From contig NC_043003.1 of NCBI RefSeq assembly GCF_006345805.1, positions 6,448,001 through 6,512,000 of the forward strand: a stretch of 64,000 bases of DNA, given 5' to 3'. A program made the position numbers and the translations under genes. The stretch's first letter is position 1; the number at the start of each line of letters is the position of its first letter. The notes under the pieces were generated by a model. The model saw only the letters and a list, made by a program, of their open reading frames with translations, ran no database searches and was not told the DNA's origin. Below, in pieces: positions 39,963-52,988 of the stretch. The stretch comes from Octopus sinensis. Taxonomy: Eukaryota.

Positions 39963-41420
39963 TCTGCAGAAATATACCACCTCATCGTCGGTCCTTCGTC
40001 GGTTCGCCAGAGCCATCTGTCGAGCTTGTTGAATCTTCATATCAGTGATGGATAGGTTGATGGGTGAACTGCTCCCCTTTTCCTGCTTCAAGCTCACCCA
40101 GCCATTTTTAAACTTCTAGATCCACTCATATACACTTCTACGGAGTAGAGAGCTGCCCTCGAATTGTACTGAAAGCCTGCGATGAATTACAGCCCCTGAC
40201 ACACCTTCAGACCAGATAAATCTGATCAATGATCTCTGTTCTTCTTTGGTACACACTGCCAATGGAGTGGCCGTATTTACTCTGTAACAGAAGAAAGAGC
40301 GATCAAGGCCAAACTTCGGTTACATACGTGCAAGAGCATCACCGTTTAACAAGCGGTGTGGCGAGCCTAAAGAAAGTTTTGGAAAAAGTGTGAATAATTT
40401 TTTACTTCCTTTAGTGTGTGTGTGTGGAGATATATGTGCGTGTGTATGTATGTATGTATATAATGTATGTATGAATGTATGTGTGTATTATGTATGTAAA
40501 TATGTATGTATGTATTATGTATGTATATACGTATGTATGTATGAATAAATGTATGTATGTATGTATGTATGTATGTATGTATGTATGTATGTATGTATGT
40601 ATGTATGTATGTATGTATGTTTGTATGTATGTATATATGTATGAATGTATGTATGTATGTATTATGTATGTATGTATATATGTATGTATGTATGTATATA
40701 TGTATGAATGTATTATGTATGTATATATGTATGAATGTGTGTATGTATGTATGTATGTATGTATTATGTATGTATGTGTAAACTAACCTACATGAACGAT
40801 AAAATAAATGAATTGAGCAAGTGAACAGTTATTGAAGTGGGGTCACCTAATGAGCGTTGGGTGGTAAAGGGATGGATTGTCCCTCTGGAAGAGGAAGCCC
40901 ATGGCAGGTATTAAAGGCTGGGTTGCGTTTAAGTCTGAGTAGGGGAGGTCAGTTTGAGGCACGTCTTAGGATAAGGCATTTTGTGATAGAATGTTTAGAC
41001 CATTCAAGAGGAGAAACACAGTCAGCATCGGTTATAGATATATTATTACACACACACACACACATGGTACTGTGTATACACACGGTACTGTGTATGAGAC
41101 TGGGATACCAGCATGGCCTGAAAACAGGGACTGACCCATTCACACACACACACACACACTTTTCAGTAAGTGCGTGCGTGCGTGTCACGTGTGTGTATTT
41201 ATGTATGCATGTTTGATAAGTGGTAACGCAGGAAACTCTCGAACCTTGAGTCACTCTGTCGCTTCTGCTAAATATTAATAAAAATAAAAATATAATTATA
41301 TTCTATTTTTCGGTTTGCATCGCCAACACAGAGACACACTGACACAACACACACACACACATATAAATATATATATAGTGTATGTATGTGTGTGGTGTAT
41401 ATATATATATATATATAATA

Positions 41421-41463
<43 letters not shown>

Positions 41464-41780
41464 ATTACATTTCACTTTATGTACGTGTGTCCGGTGTGTG
41501 GGGTTTGGTGTTTGTGAGGATATTCAGGGCTGCGAAGACAAGTTTAAGTTAATGTAGCAAATCAAATTAAGAATTTATTTATTGATGTTTAACAGACCAA
41601 ACAACCTTTGCCATGGATGGCTCTATACCTGCCACTAACTTCCTCCACACAACACACACACACACGTTTATATACATATACAAGGTGCATGAGTTTGTCG
41701 TTTCGTTTTGTTTTTCTTCTTTCCACCAAACCGCTTTCAATGGCTCTATCTTTCCTAACTTCTTTACTTTTCAGAGAAAC

Positions 41781-42585
41781 AATGTCAGACATTAAAGCTG
41801 ACTCAGGAAACGGAAATACTTGCCGTAATCGTGGCCTTAAAAAGCCCAGCAGAGTGATACGGAGATAGCTCACTTCCTGAAAGCTACCTGGTCCTTCATT
41901 TCAAAGTTGAAAGGGAGCTGGAAGCTGCTGACGGGGATCCAACATCAGCAACTAAACACAAATTGCATGCCACACGGTCCTCATGCCATCAGAACATATA
42001 ACTTTGCACAAAATGTCCAAGAAATAATCGATAAAATCTCCAGAATGTCAGTCAGAGTCATTGCAAAAGACCTGAAGGTTTCAGAATGCACCACCAGAAG
42101 AGTTGTGCATGTGAACCTTCAGTGCAAGTCATGTGTGACGCAGAGGGTTCAGTTGGGGTCACGTGTGACCAGAGAGAATCGTTTGATCCATGCAACTTGC
42201 AAAACAAGTTAAAACACGTTAGAGGGGGGGGGGCTGAAATGCTTTGGTCTTTCTCTGATGAGAAAAACTTCGATCAGAACCAAAAGTTAAACCAAAGGAA
42301 CGACAAATGGTTATGCAGAGACCTGCAAGAGGTTCCGACAATCATGCTTAATAAGTTCCTTTCAACTGCAATGGTTCTGGAAATTGTCAGCAATGAGAGA
42401 AATGTCACACCTCCTCACTTTTTTTTTTACAAGGCTTAAGAGTTAATGCTGCTGTTGGAGCAGAGGTGTTGGAGAAAGTTGTCAGGCCCTGGATGGACTC
42501 TGCTCCATCTTATAGGACTAGGACAACCCAAGCGTGGTTGCATGTCAGTTTTCATGATCATGTTCTCCCAGACTCAGAGTCCCCA
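41781..42585 (+). mobile_element. decayed Tc1/mariner transposase, maT (DD37D)-like
   Basis: FSDEKNFDQNQKLNQRNDKWLC....VP.IM..KF....MVL..VSNE..V.PPHFF and LRVNA...EVLEKVVRPWMDSAPSY...TQAW...FHDHV are typical maT/mori-type motifs; frameshifts and internal deletion. Confidence 0.8.
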
Positions 42586-42604
42586 ACACACCAGACACCA
42601 ATCC

Positions 42605-43020
42605 TTGTTTACCAACCACATGGTTCCGGGTTCAGTCCCACTGCGTGGCACCTTCGGCAAGTGTCTTCTACTATAGCCTTGGTCCAACAAAAGCCTTGTG
42701 AGTGGATTTGGTAGACGGAAACTGTAAAGAAGCTCGTTGTATATATGTATATATATATGTATATATATGTGTGCGTGTATGTTTGTGTGTCTGTGTTTGT
42801 CCCCCTAGCATTGCTTGACAACCGATGCTGGTGTGTTTACGTCCCCGTTACTTAGCGGTTCAGCAAAAAGGAGACGATAGAATAAGTACTGGGCTTACAA
42901 AAGAATAAGTCCCGGGGTCGATTTGCTCGACTAAAGGCGGTGCTCCAGCATGGCCGCAGTCAAATGACTGAAACAAGTAAAAGAGTAAAAGAGTAAAAGA
43001 GTAAAAGAGTAAAAGAGTAA
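42605..43020 (+). mobile_element. SINE family B (head truncated)
   Basis: Matches family B with (AAAAGAGT)n tail. Confidence 0.9.
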
Positions 43021-43420
43021 CACCATACAGTCTCTCAAATCAACCATAACCACGACTAAGTCCCCAAAATTGATGAACGCCATCTGAATCGGATATGTCA
43101 ATGGTTCTGGTGCCGCGTTCAAGCAACCATTGATGCTAATGGTAGAGTCACTGAAAAAGGTGGGATGAAATTGGTCTCAAGATTATTTGTAGCAATTTGT
43201 TGTCGAATTCAGCTTTTCTTTCATGAGATATGGTGTCTCTTCCAAAATTCATGCAAATTAAATATATATGTGTGGGTCTATGTGTGTATAGTGTATATAT
43301 AATATATATATATATATATTATATATATATATATATTATATATATTATATATATATATGCGCATACGTACGTACATACATACATACATACATACATTACA
43401 TAAATACATACATACATACA

Positions 43421-43763
43421 TTTATGGTTGCTCCCCTCGTTATCGAGTATGGCCATTGCACGAAGCTTAACTGTTATTGGTGCTGTGATCGAATGTGACT
43501 TTTTAGCCCAGCTAAAGATCTACAATGTCTTGTACAGAATTGGCAACTAAAACCTTTACCGGTAATAGCCGGCTGTAGTTGTAACTGGGCTTCATGTACC
43601 TTTGCATGTCGTTTAAGTCCTCCTGTCGAATTACACTCTCTTCCACATGCCCGACAGATATGATTAGTATGGTGTGTAACACCACCACCAGTGGCCAGGT
43701 TGTCACTCATCTGTGTCGCTGTATGACTAAGAAGATGACTCTTGAGTCCAGCTTTACTGAGGC
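43421..43763 (-). mobile_element. RTE LINE 3' end (C2H2 fingers plus 3' UTR)
   Basis: Reverse complement matches 56800-57150; ORF HICRACGRECNSTGGLKRHAKVH...CQFCTRHCRSLAGLKSHIRSQH. Confidence 0.9.
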
Positions 43764-44290
43764 ATACTAATCATGTCTGTCAGGCATGTGGAAGAAAGTG
43801 TAATTCGGCAGGAGGACTTAAACGACATGCAAAGGTACATGAAGCCCAGTTACAACTACAGCCGGCTATTGTCGGTAAAGGTTTTAGTTGCCAATTCTGT
43901 ACAAGACATTGTAGATCTTTGGCTGGGCTAAAAACTCACATTCGATCACAGCACCAATAACAGATAGCGCGACTGACAGATGTCCATCCTGCGCTCGAAA
44001 AGCAAAGATAATACTTATAAGGTCAGGTTGGAACTTGAATATTTCTTGTTGGAAAGATGCGCCCTTTGTTGGATAGCAAGAGTGACTGTAGGGCCGCACT
44101 GCACTTGTTACTCGCCAGCTGAACCGTTATAACACTGATACTGCTACACTTTCAGAGACTCATGTAGAAGGTGATGGTCAGCTGGAGGAAGTAGGAGGTG
44201 GACACACCCTTTTTTGAAAGGGGAAACCGAAGGAGAAGCGTAGAGGGGCGGGTGTTGGCTTTGCAATTCGATCCGAAATCGTTAAGAAGT
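43763..44290 (+). mobile_element. RTE LINE 3'-end copy fused to RTE endonuclease N-terminus
   Basis: 43763-43965 repeats the finger region. 44000-44290 encodes RTALVTRQLNRYNTDTATLSETHVEGDGQLEEVGGGHTLF*KGKP....GAGVGFAIRS, the start of an RTE apurinic endonuclease. Confidence 0.8.
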
Positions 44291-45261
44291 TGTATATCTC
44301 TCTTTTACTCTCTTTTACTTGTTTCAGTCATTTGACTGCGGCCATGCTGGAGCACCACCTTTAGTCGAGCAAATCGACCCTGGCAGACGCTTTCGGAAAT
44401 TCCCGATATAAATTTTCCGAGGCCTCTCCCCCACCCCTCTTTCGCGAGAGCGCATTTTTTTGTCATATTCGTTTAGAGCAAGTTGTTTTACACATATTAC
44501 ACTATTTTTTTTTGTTTTGTTTTTACACCTATTACACACATTTTTTTTTGATTTTCTGATATGCGTAACGCTTTATATTAACCACTTATTCTTTGTAAGC
44601 CCAGTACTTATTCTATCGGTCTCTTTTGCCAAACCGCTAAGTGACGGGGACGTAAACACACCAGCATCGGTTGTCAAGCAATGCTAGAGGGACAAACACA
44701 GACATACAAACATATACACACACATACATATATATATATATACATATATACGACAGGCTTCTTTCAGTTTCCGTCTACCAAATCCACTCACAAGGCTTTG
44801 GTCGGCCCGGGGCTGTAGCAGAAGACACTTGCCCAAGATGCCACGCAGTGGAACTGAACCCGGAACTATGTGGTTGGTTAGTAAGCTACTTACCACACAC
44901 AAACAGATAAAATTTCCTACTTTGCAACAACATCGCTCCTCCAGTGGAATCATACAACAATTGTTTCTATTACAGAAATAGAATGTCCGGATTGCTTTGG
45001 CCCATATTTCAGCACATTTTGCCTTCCATCCACCGTGCACTTCTCCCTCCTACCAAACTAGATGTACATGTTTCCACTCCAACCACAGTAACTCTTGCTC
45101 TCACTCCACACCCAAAATTTCTTCTTTGCCCCCTCTCTCAGGCCAACTCATTTCAAATTCAGTTTTCGTTAAGTTTACTGTCGTTGGTGGTTACGTCTAG
45201 GTTTTGTCTCCATGCTTGGAGGTTCTTCTCTAAAATATTTCACAAATTCTTCTACAAGGAT

Positions 45262-45682
45262 AGGCGCAGGAGTGGCTGTGTGGTAAGTAGCTTGCTAACC
45301 AACCACATGGTTCCGGGTTCAGTCCCACTGCGTGGCATCTTGGGCAAGTGTCTTCTGCTATAGCTCCGGGCCGACCAATGCCTTGTGAGTGGATTTGGTA
45401 GACGGAAACTGAAAGAAGCTTGTCGTATATATGTATATATATATATATATGTATGTGTGTGTATATGTTTGTGTGTCTGTGTTTGTCCCCCTAGCATTGC
45501 TTGACAACCGATGCTGATGTGTTTACGTCCCCGTCACTTAGCGGTTCGGCAAAAGAGACCAATAGAATAAGTACTGGGCTTACAAAGAATAAGTCCCGGG
45601 GTCGATTTGCTCGACTAAAGGCGGTGCTCCAGCATGGCCGCAGTCAAATGACTGAAACAAGTAAAAGAGTAAAAGAGTAAAG
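45262..45682 (+). mobile_element. SINE family B
   Basis: Full-length near-consensus copy. Confidence 0.92.
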
Positions 45683-46171
45683 GTTATCAGCATTGAAGAG
45701 TACCAACAGACAGCCAGTCTAAAAATCCCCTATTAAGGCCCGCAGGACTAGAAAACACACGAGGTGAATGAGAACTGCGTCTCGGTGGACATTTCCTATA
45801 CACAGAACCCATTTCTAACTCTCGTCTTTCTAATCGTATCGCTCTCCACAGTTCGTATATCTTCGCAACCATTCAGCTACCGCTAGTTACCTTAACAATC
45901 ACGTCAGGAATCATCTATTTCCATACTTATCGCATCCTTATGTGTGTCTTATACAATAAGGTACAAATATATTCAAGTAGTCCTAAACACACATTACAGC
46001 AAATAAATGGCTGCGTAGCCATTGTCATGCAAATGTATCTGTGTCTACTTGGCAAAGCGCTGACTGTTTGAGGCTTGAGTATGGGAACAGCAAGACAAAG
46101 AGACAGAGAGCAAACCACCTGGCTCCCTGTAGCCATTATATATACACACATTATATATACACACATGCACA

Positions 46172-46772
46172 AGGCGGCGAGATGGCAGAATCGTTAGCAC
46201 GCCGGGAGAAATGCGTAGCCGTATTTCAATCTGCCGTTACGTTCTCGGTTCAAATTCCGCCGAGGTCGACTTTGCCTTTCATCCTTTCGGGGTCGATAAA
46301 TTAAGTACCAGTTACGCACTGGGGTCGATGTAATCGACTTAATACCTATGTCTGTCGTTGTTTGTCCCCTCTATGTTTAGCCTCTTGTGGATAATAAAGA
46401 AATAGGTATTTCGTCAGCCGCTACGTTCTGAGTTCAAATTCCGCCGAGGTCGACTTTGCCTTTCATCCTTTCGGGGTCGATTAAATAAGTACCAGTTACG
46501 CACAGGGCTCGATATAATCGACTTAATCCGTTTGTCTGTCCTTGTTTGTCCTCTCTATGTTTAGCCCCTTGTGGATAATAAAGAAATAGGTATTTCGTCA
46601 GCCGTTACGTTCTGAGTTCAAATTCCGCCGAGGTAGCCTTTGCCTTTCATCCTTTCGGGGTCGATTAAATAAGTACCAGTTACGCACTGGGGTCGATATA
46701 ATCGACTTAATCCGTTTGTCTGTCCTTGTCAGTCCCCTCTGTGTTTAGCCCCTTGTGGACAGTAAAGAAATT
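46172..46772 (+). mobile_element. SINE family A trimer
   Basis: Body units at ~46221, 46406 and 46590. Confidence 0.9.
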
Positions 46773-47977
46773 ATATATACTACACACACACACACACAAC
46801 ACACACAGACACGCACAGGGATTCTATTGCACCCGCAAGATGCCTTATGTGATGTAGTTTGGTAGCGAGGACATATTGTACGGTGTTATGCAGTAATTTG
46901 TGTGTTGTAGTACAAATATGGTGTATGTCGAGATGTGACCCTCGACCTTATTCGGTTCAGTTGCTGCCCATGTTATCCCAGTTTACCCCATTTTATTTCT
47001 CCTGAGCACCACATGTCACGCACGTGCTTGACATGTGGTGTGATTGGGATGTTCTTTTATCTACAGCAACCAATCAAGACTCCTAATCAATGATTCACCT
47101 GTTATTGTGGATCAGTCTTTAACCTTGGATAAATGTATCTAGAAATACAATTTATCTGGTAACAGTTTGGTAGATTTTGGAATGTTATATTAGGGATACA
47201 CATCGGTAGGTTGTTTAAAGTGCAAAGGTCCCGATATATGGCCGTGTGATTTCCCCCGAAGACCCTTTCCAAACATACTCTCTCTCTCTCTCTCACACAC
47301 ACACATACTCATACACCTTCGCTCACTCTTGATATATATATATATGTATATATATGTATGTATATGTATGACCTCGTGTGTACCGTTGGCGATTTTTTTC
47401 CCCTCTGTCTTCCCTTCTCTGGATCTTTCCTTCTCCTATGTTTCCGACGAAGAGCTCCGCAACTCATTAAATAACAGGAGTCCTTGGTAGTGGGAAGGTT
47501 GGGAACCACTTACTCTATACGAACAAACTGAATAGCGAACGGTTTACTGAAGAAAATTAAATTCGCATAACGAGCGAAATTTGATCAACAGATAACGAAC
47601 AGACAACACGAAGGGTTCGTTAACGTCCATGTATGTCTCTCTCACGTAGCTTGCAAATTTTCGTCTTTTATATATAAAAAAACATGTCATAGTTTTTGCC
47701 GAAGACACATAACCATGGATCGACAAAAGCAAAACAAAGGGGGGAAATGTAGCGCATACACACATACACACATAAATGCTCACACATACAGATACATTAG
47801 TGAAAACAGTATAAGCTTGAAAGCGAATCACTGCTACCCAATTGGGCATGGAAAAATGTGGCCTAGTGCAAGGGAGACTACTCTTACCATCCTTAAACTA
47901 GCGATATGGATGCATGCTTTATCGTTTATGGATGCGAAAATAGTTATACAGTATCACATCAATGTTATAATACTTTG

Positions 47978-48486
47978 TTGTGTCTGGGGAGAGACATTTT
48001 CTTTTTGTGCCTTATTATTTAACACACTCACCAGTAAAATTTCCACTTTTTTCTTCTTTTTATTGTCCTAAAATTTTCGTTGCGTCTTGCAACCTTTTCA
48101 ATAGTTTTGACTCTGTCCATTATTTACACTGCGTTCTCTTTGTTTGTTTGTGCCCACAGATATATACATACATACACATGCAAACACACATACATACATA
48201 CATACATACATACATACATACATACATACATACATACATACATACATACGTACATGCATGCATGTATAGGCACACACACACACACACACACTGACCCACA
48301 CACATGCGCACAAACAAACAAAAGGGAACGCAGTGTAAATAACGGACAGAGTCAAAACTATTGAAAAGGTTGCAAGACGCAACGAAAATTTTAGGAAAAT
48401 AAAAATAAGAAAAAAAAGTGGAAATTTTACCGGTGAGTGTGTTAAATAATAAGGCACAAAAAGAAAATGTCTCTCCCCAGACACAA
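47978..48486. mobile_element. foldback element with ~180-bp arms and microsatellite spacer
   Basis: 47978-48160 is the reverse complement of 48305-48486; spacer is (CATA)n(CA)n. Confidence 0.85.
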
Positions 48487-48763
48487 TAGAATATGTTTCA
48501 ACACACGAACTCACATAAAGAATCTTGCAAACCAAATCCAAAAACGAAATATAGTTATAATACTTGATTCATTAAAATTATTATCACACATAATTTAGTT
48601 AGCCTCCTTTTTCATATTTTCTGTTTCGTTAATCATAGTAATACATTTATCAACTCGTTTTGCAAGATTTCTGATGTGAAATCGAGTGTTCGGGATGGTC
48701 ATTTTATTTATGACTTGTTTTTTTGTTTTTGTTTTTTGCCAAATAAACACTCGCACTATATAT

Positions 48764-48812
<49 letters not shown>

Positions 48813-49296
48813 TCGTCGTTCACAAAAAAATCCGCGTTCGTAATACTTTTTTCCGTTCGGCGTTAACAACCCTTCTTATCTTGTTTTTCCTTGTCCTGTC
48901 TTTTACTGTTTATAATTTGTACTGTCGTTACTGTCCTGTTTTTGTTACCATTTTTTACCCCTCTGCGAAAAGATCTCAGAATTTTAATTGATTTGCTTTT
49001 CGCAGGAAGGAAAGTTTCTTGTCGAAGATACGTCTCGCTTTTATTCTTCGAAACGTAGAGTAGATGAAACCATAGCGACTAAAGAAGGGTTTTTTTCTTT
49101 GTGTTAATTGTCCCGTACTCTATTTTTTTGTTGTTTAAAAAAATGTCCAGTTCCTTTGGTTTGTGTCTATGTTTTTGTTTCTCTTTGTGTTCGACGTCCT
49201 TTTGGTGTCCTGTACTCATATATGCGTGTATATGTACATGTAGAGGTAGGTACGTACATATATGTTTATATATATGCATATGTTTTATTTTATTTA

Positions 49297-49361
<65 letters not shown>

Positions 49362-49909
49362 TCACTCGTTTATTACTGTTATTTTATTGTTTTAACGCCT
49401 GTCCATTGTCCGGAAATCTTTCGTCACGCATCTGTGACCTCTTCAGCTCCGTGACCTACTCCATCAGATGGAGTAAGTGGAGCAAGAACACACACAGAAA
49501 CGAAAAAGTGACGCAGAAGAAGAAGTGTGTAGGAGGTTTATCCGGAATTTCTTGAAGGAATTTTTATCGTAACTTTTAATTAATTATTTTAATTTTTTTT
49601 TTGCTAAGAATGAGTATTGTACGTGTTTTCTTTTTCCATAACTGTATACCCACTTTTGCACCACCTGGTGTGTGTGTGTGTGTGTGTGTGCGTATAAGTA
49701 TACATACATATATATACATATATAGATATGCATGTATAGACGCATATATGTGTGTGTGTGTGTATATATATACATATATATACATACATAATACATACAT
49801 ACATACATATATATATATTATATATATATATATATTATATATATATATATATAGGGATATATACATACATACCTATGTGTATACATATTCACGTACACAA
49901 CACACGCAC

Positions 49910-49944
<35 letters not shown>

Positions 49945-50936
49945 AACACACGCACGCACGCACGCACATACTCATCATAGATAGATAGAGAGAAGGATGG
50001 GGAATACTTTAAGTTGCATGATAAGGAATGAAAAAGAAATGAAATGAAAGAAAAAAAAGGCTGATGTATGAATGCGAGAATTTTATTGGTGAACAATCGG
50101 TGTTGGCCGGGGGTCATTGGAGAGTGAGAGGGTTTGAAGGTTGCAGAGAAGATAAAGGAACCTCTGTGAGAGCAGTTTGTCAGCACACTGAGAGTCTGAT
50201 TTGGTAAGCGGTGTCGGGTAGGGGAAAGAGTTAAACATCACTGGTATTAGAATATTTATTTCTTTATTGCCCACTGGGGGCAATAAAGAATAGAGGGGAC
50301 AAACTAAAACAGACAAGGGGATTAAGTCGATTAAATCGACTCCTGTGCGTAACTGGTACTTATATAATCGACCCCGAAAGGTTGAAAGGTAAAATCGACC
50401 TCGGCGGAATTTGAACTCAGAACGTAACGGCAGACGAAATACCTACTTCTTTACTACCCGCAAGGGGCTAAACATGGAGGGGACAAACAAGGACGGACAA
50501 ACGGATTAAGTCGATTACATCGACCCCAGTGCGTAACTGGTACTTATTTTATCGACCCCGAAAGGATGAAAGGCAAAGTCGACCACAGCGGAATTTGAAC
50601 TCAGAACGTAACGGTAGACGAAATACGGCTTCGCATTTCGCCCGGCGTGCTAACGATTCTGCCAGCTCGCCGCCTTAAGATATTAAAATATTAAAATATT
50701 ACTGAAAGTGCATGTCTCTTACGAATAAATGAAAACCTCTCCGCATCACAGACGGGTCTATAAATACTATGTTCAAATAGAGTAAAGTGTGAATTATATT
50801 GTATGAGGAAGACAGAAATGGAGCGACAATGATCGACAGAATCGTTATTAAGTAAATCTGTTGAGTAAAGAAGAAGAAGTTTAGTAATAAGGTTTAGTTT
50901 CGCTAGGGTTTAATTATATGTATTATATATGAAGTA

Positions 50937-51334
50937 CTAGCAGTATCGCCCGCGTTGCTCGGTTTGTAAGGGAAATAACTATATATGCATTTTTAGAGAT
51001 GTAAAGTATAATAGCCATCTCAATATGGCTAACCACAAAGGGGGGGAGGTGTTACTGTAGCTTTTTACGTTCTGAGATTTAATAATACATTTTTAGAGAG
51101 TTACTTCCCTTATATAAACCGAGTGAAAATGCATTAAAAATACGGAAAAATTATGGTAAATTTTTTTTTTAATCGTAGACTCATCGTAGACGCGCGCTAA
51201 TACCCAGAAGGGCTCGATATGAATCACGACTATAAGATACCCGCTTTTGGTTAAACTGCACCGCAAAATGTGGGAGTAGTTAGGAATCTAAATCGTAGGA
51301 GACAGACACACAACTTGACTTTTATATATAAAGA
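50937..51334 (-). mobile_element. non-autonomous Helitron (family H1)
   Basis: Minus strand A|TCTTTATATATAAAAG...CCCGAGCAACGC..GGGCGATACTGCTAG|T; empty site visible in the third tandem unit. Confidence 0.88.
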
Positions 51335-52588
51335 TAAGCTAGGCAGGGTGTGGAGATAGAAATTGATATTGAGGAGAGAGAGCAACGTAAGGGTCAACAA
51401 AACAATATATAATAAAAGAATATGATGCATAATAAATATAATACTTTGGACAATCCTTAGTCATTCACCGAACTCGTTAACTAATGATGTCCTTGCTTAA
51501 GGATATTCTCAGATGACACATTACAACGCCTATTTTTACTATAACTACTCTGCGTTATCTTTATATATAAAAGGCTCCTAAGTGATACCATATATTTTGC
51601 TTCTCTCTCTCTCAGGAACCTCTGTGAGAGCAGCTTGTCAGCACACTGTGAGTCTGATTTGGTAAGCGGTGTCGGGTAGGGGAAAGAGTTAAACATCACT
51701 GGTTACACTGGTATTAGAATATTTATTTCTTTATTGCCCCCAGTGGGCAATAAAGAATAGAGGGGACAAACTAAAACAGACAAGGGGATTAAGTTGATTA
51801 AATCGACCCCTGTGCGTAACTGGTACTTATATAATCGACCCCGAAAGGATGAAAGGCAAAGTCAACCTCAACGAAATTCGAACTCAGAACGTAGCGGAAG
51901 ACGAAACACCTATTTCTTTACTACCCACAAGGGGATGAACACAGAGAGGACAAACAAGACAGACAAACGGATTAAGTCGATTACATCGACTCCAGTACGT
52001 AACTGGTACTTATTTTATCGACCCCGAAAGGATGTGAAAGGCAAGTCGACCTCGGCGAAATTTCAACTCAGAACGTAACGGCAGACGAAATACCTACTTC
52101 TTTACTACCCGCAAGGGGCTAAACATGGAGGGGACAAACAAGGACGGACAAACGGATTAAGTCGATTACATCGACCCCAGTGCGTAACTGGTACTTATTT
52201 TATCGACCCCGAAAGGATGAAAGGCAAAGTCGACCTCAGCGGAATTTGAACTCAGAACGTAACGGTAGACGAAATACGGCTTCGCATTTCGCCCGGCGTG
52301 CTAACGATTCTGCCAGCTCGCTGCCTTAAGATATTAAAATATTAAAATATTACTGAAAGTGCATGTCTCTTACGAATAAATGAAAACCTCTCCGCATACA
52401 CAGACGGGTCTATAAATACTATGTTCAAATAGAGTAAAGTGTGAATTATATTGTATGAGGAAGACAGAAATGGAGCGACAATGATCGACAGAATCGTTAT
52501 TAAGTAAATCTGTTGAGTAAAGAAGAAGAAGTTTAGTAAGATAAGGTTTAGTTTCGCTAGGGTTTAATTATATGTATTATATGAAGTA

Positions 52589-52988
52589 CTAGCAGTATCG
52601 CCCGGCGTTGCTCGGGTTTGTAAGGGAAATAACTATATATGCATTTTTAGAGATGTAAAGTATAATAGCCATCTCAATATGGCTAACCACAAAGTGGGGG
52701 AGGTGTTACTGTAGCTTTTTACGTTCTGAGATTTAATAATACATTTTTAGAGAGTTACTTCCCTTATATAAACCGAGTGAAAATGCATTAAAAATACGGA
52801 AAAATTATGGTAAATTTTTTTTTTAATCGTAGACTCATCGTAGACGATCGCTAATACCCAGAAGGGCTCGATATGAATCACGACTATAAGATACCCGCTT
52901 TTGGTTAAACTGCACCGCAAAATGTGGGAGTAGTTAGGAATCTAAATCGTAGGAGACAGACACACAACTTGACTTTTATATATAAAGA
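52589..52988 (-). mobile_element. non-autonomous Helitron (family H1), duplicated copy
   Basis: Same position within tandem unit 2. Confidence 0.88.

Larger units (their letters stand above)
38077..40415 (-). mobile_element. near full-length decayed mariner transposon, interrupted by SINEs
   Basis: Minus-strand pieces: TPLAVCTKEEQRSLIRFIWSEGVSGAVIHRRLS...VYEWI (N-terminus), ILERIVTEDETWIHRFETESKR*SMEWKHP...KTQPSAGKV (first D), LRGHRFVQDEGAQEA, GISKLVD. TIR-like CACGAGGGTAAGTCAAA at 38077 and a degenerate counterpart near 40415. Confidence 0.85.

Noticed and set aside
43474-43960. Host C2H2 zinc-finger gene (ORFs 43474-43710 and 43742-43960)
   Set aside because: The sequence matches the 3' end of the RTE LINE at 56800-57150, including its 3' UTR.
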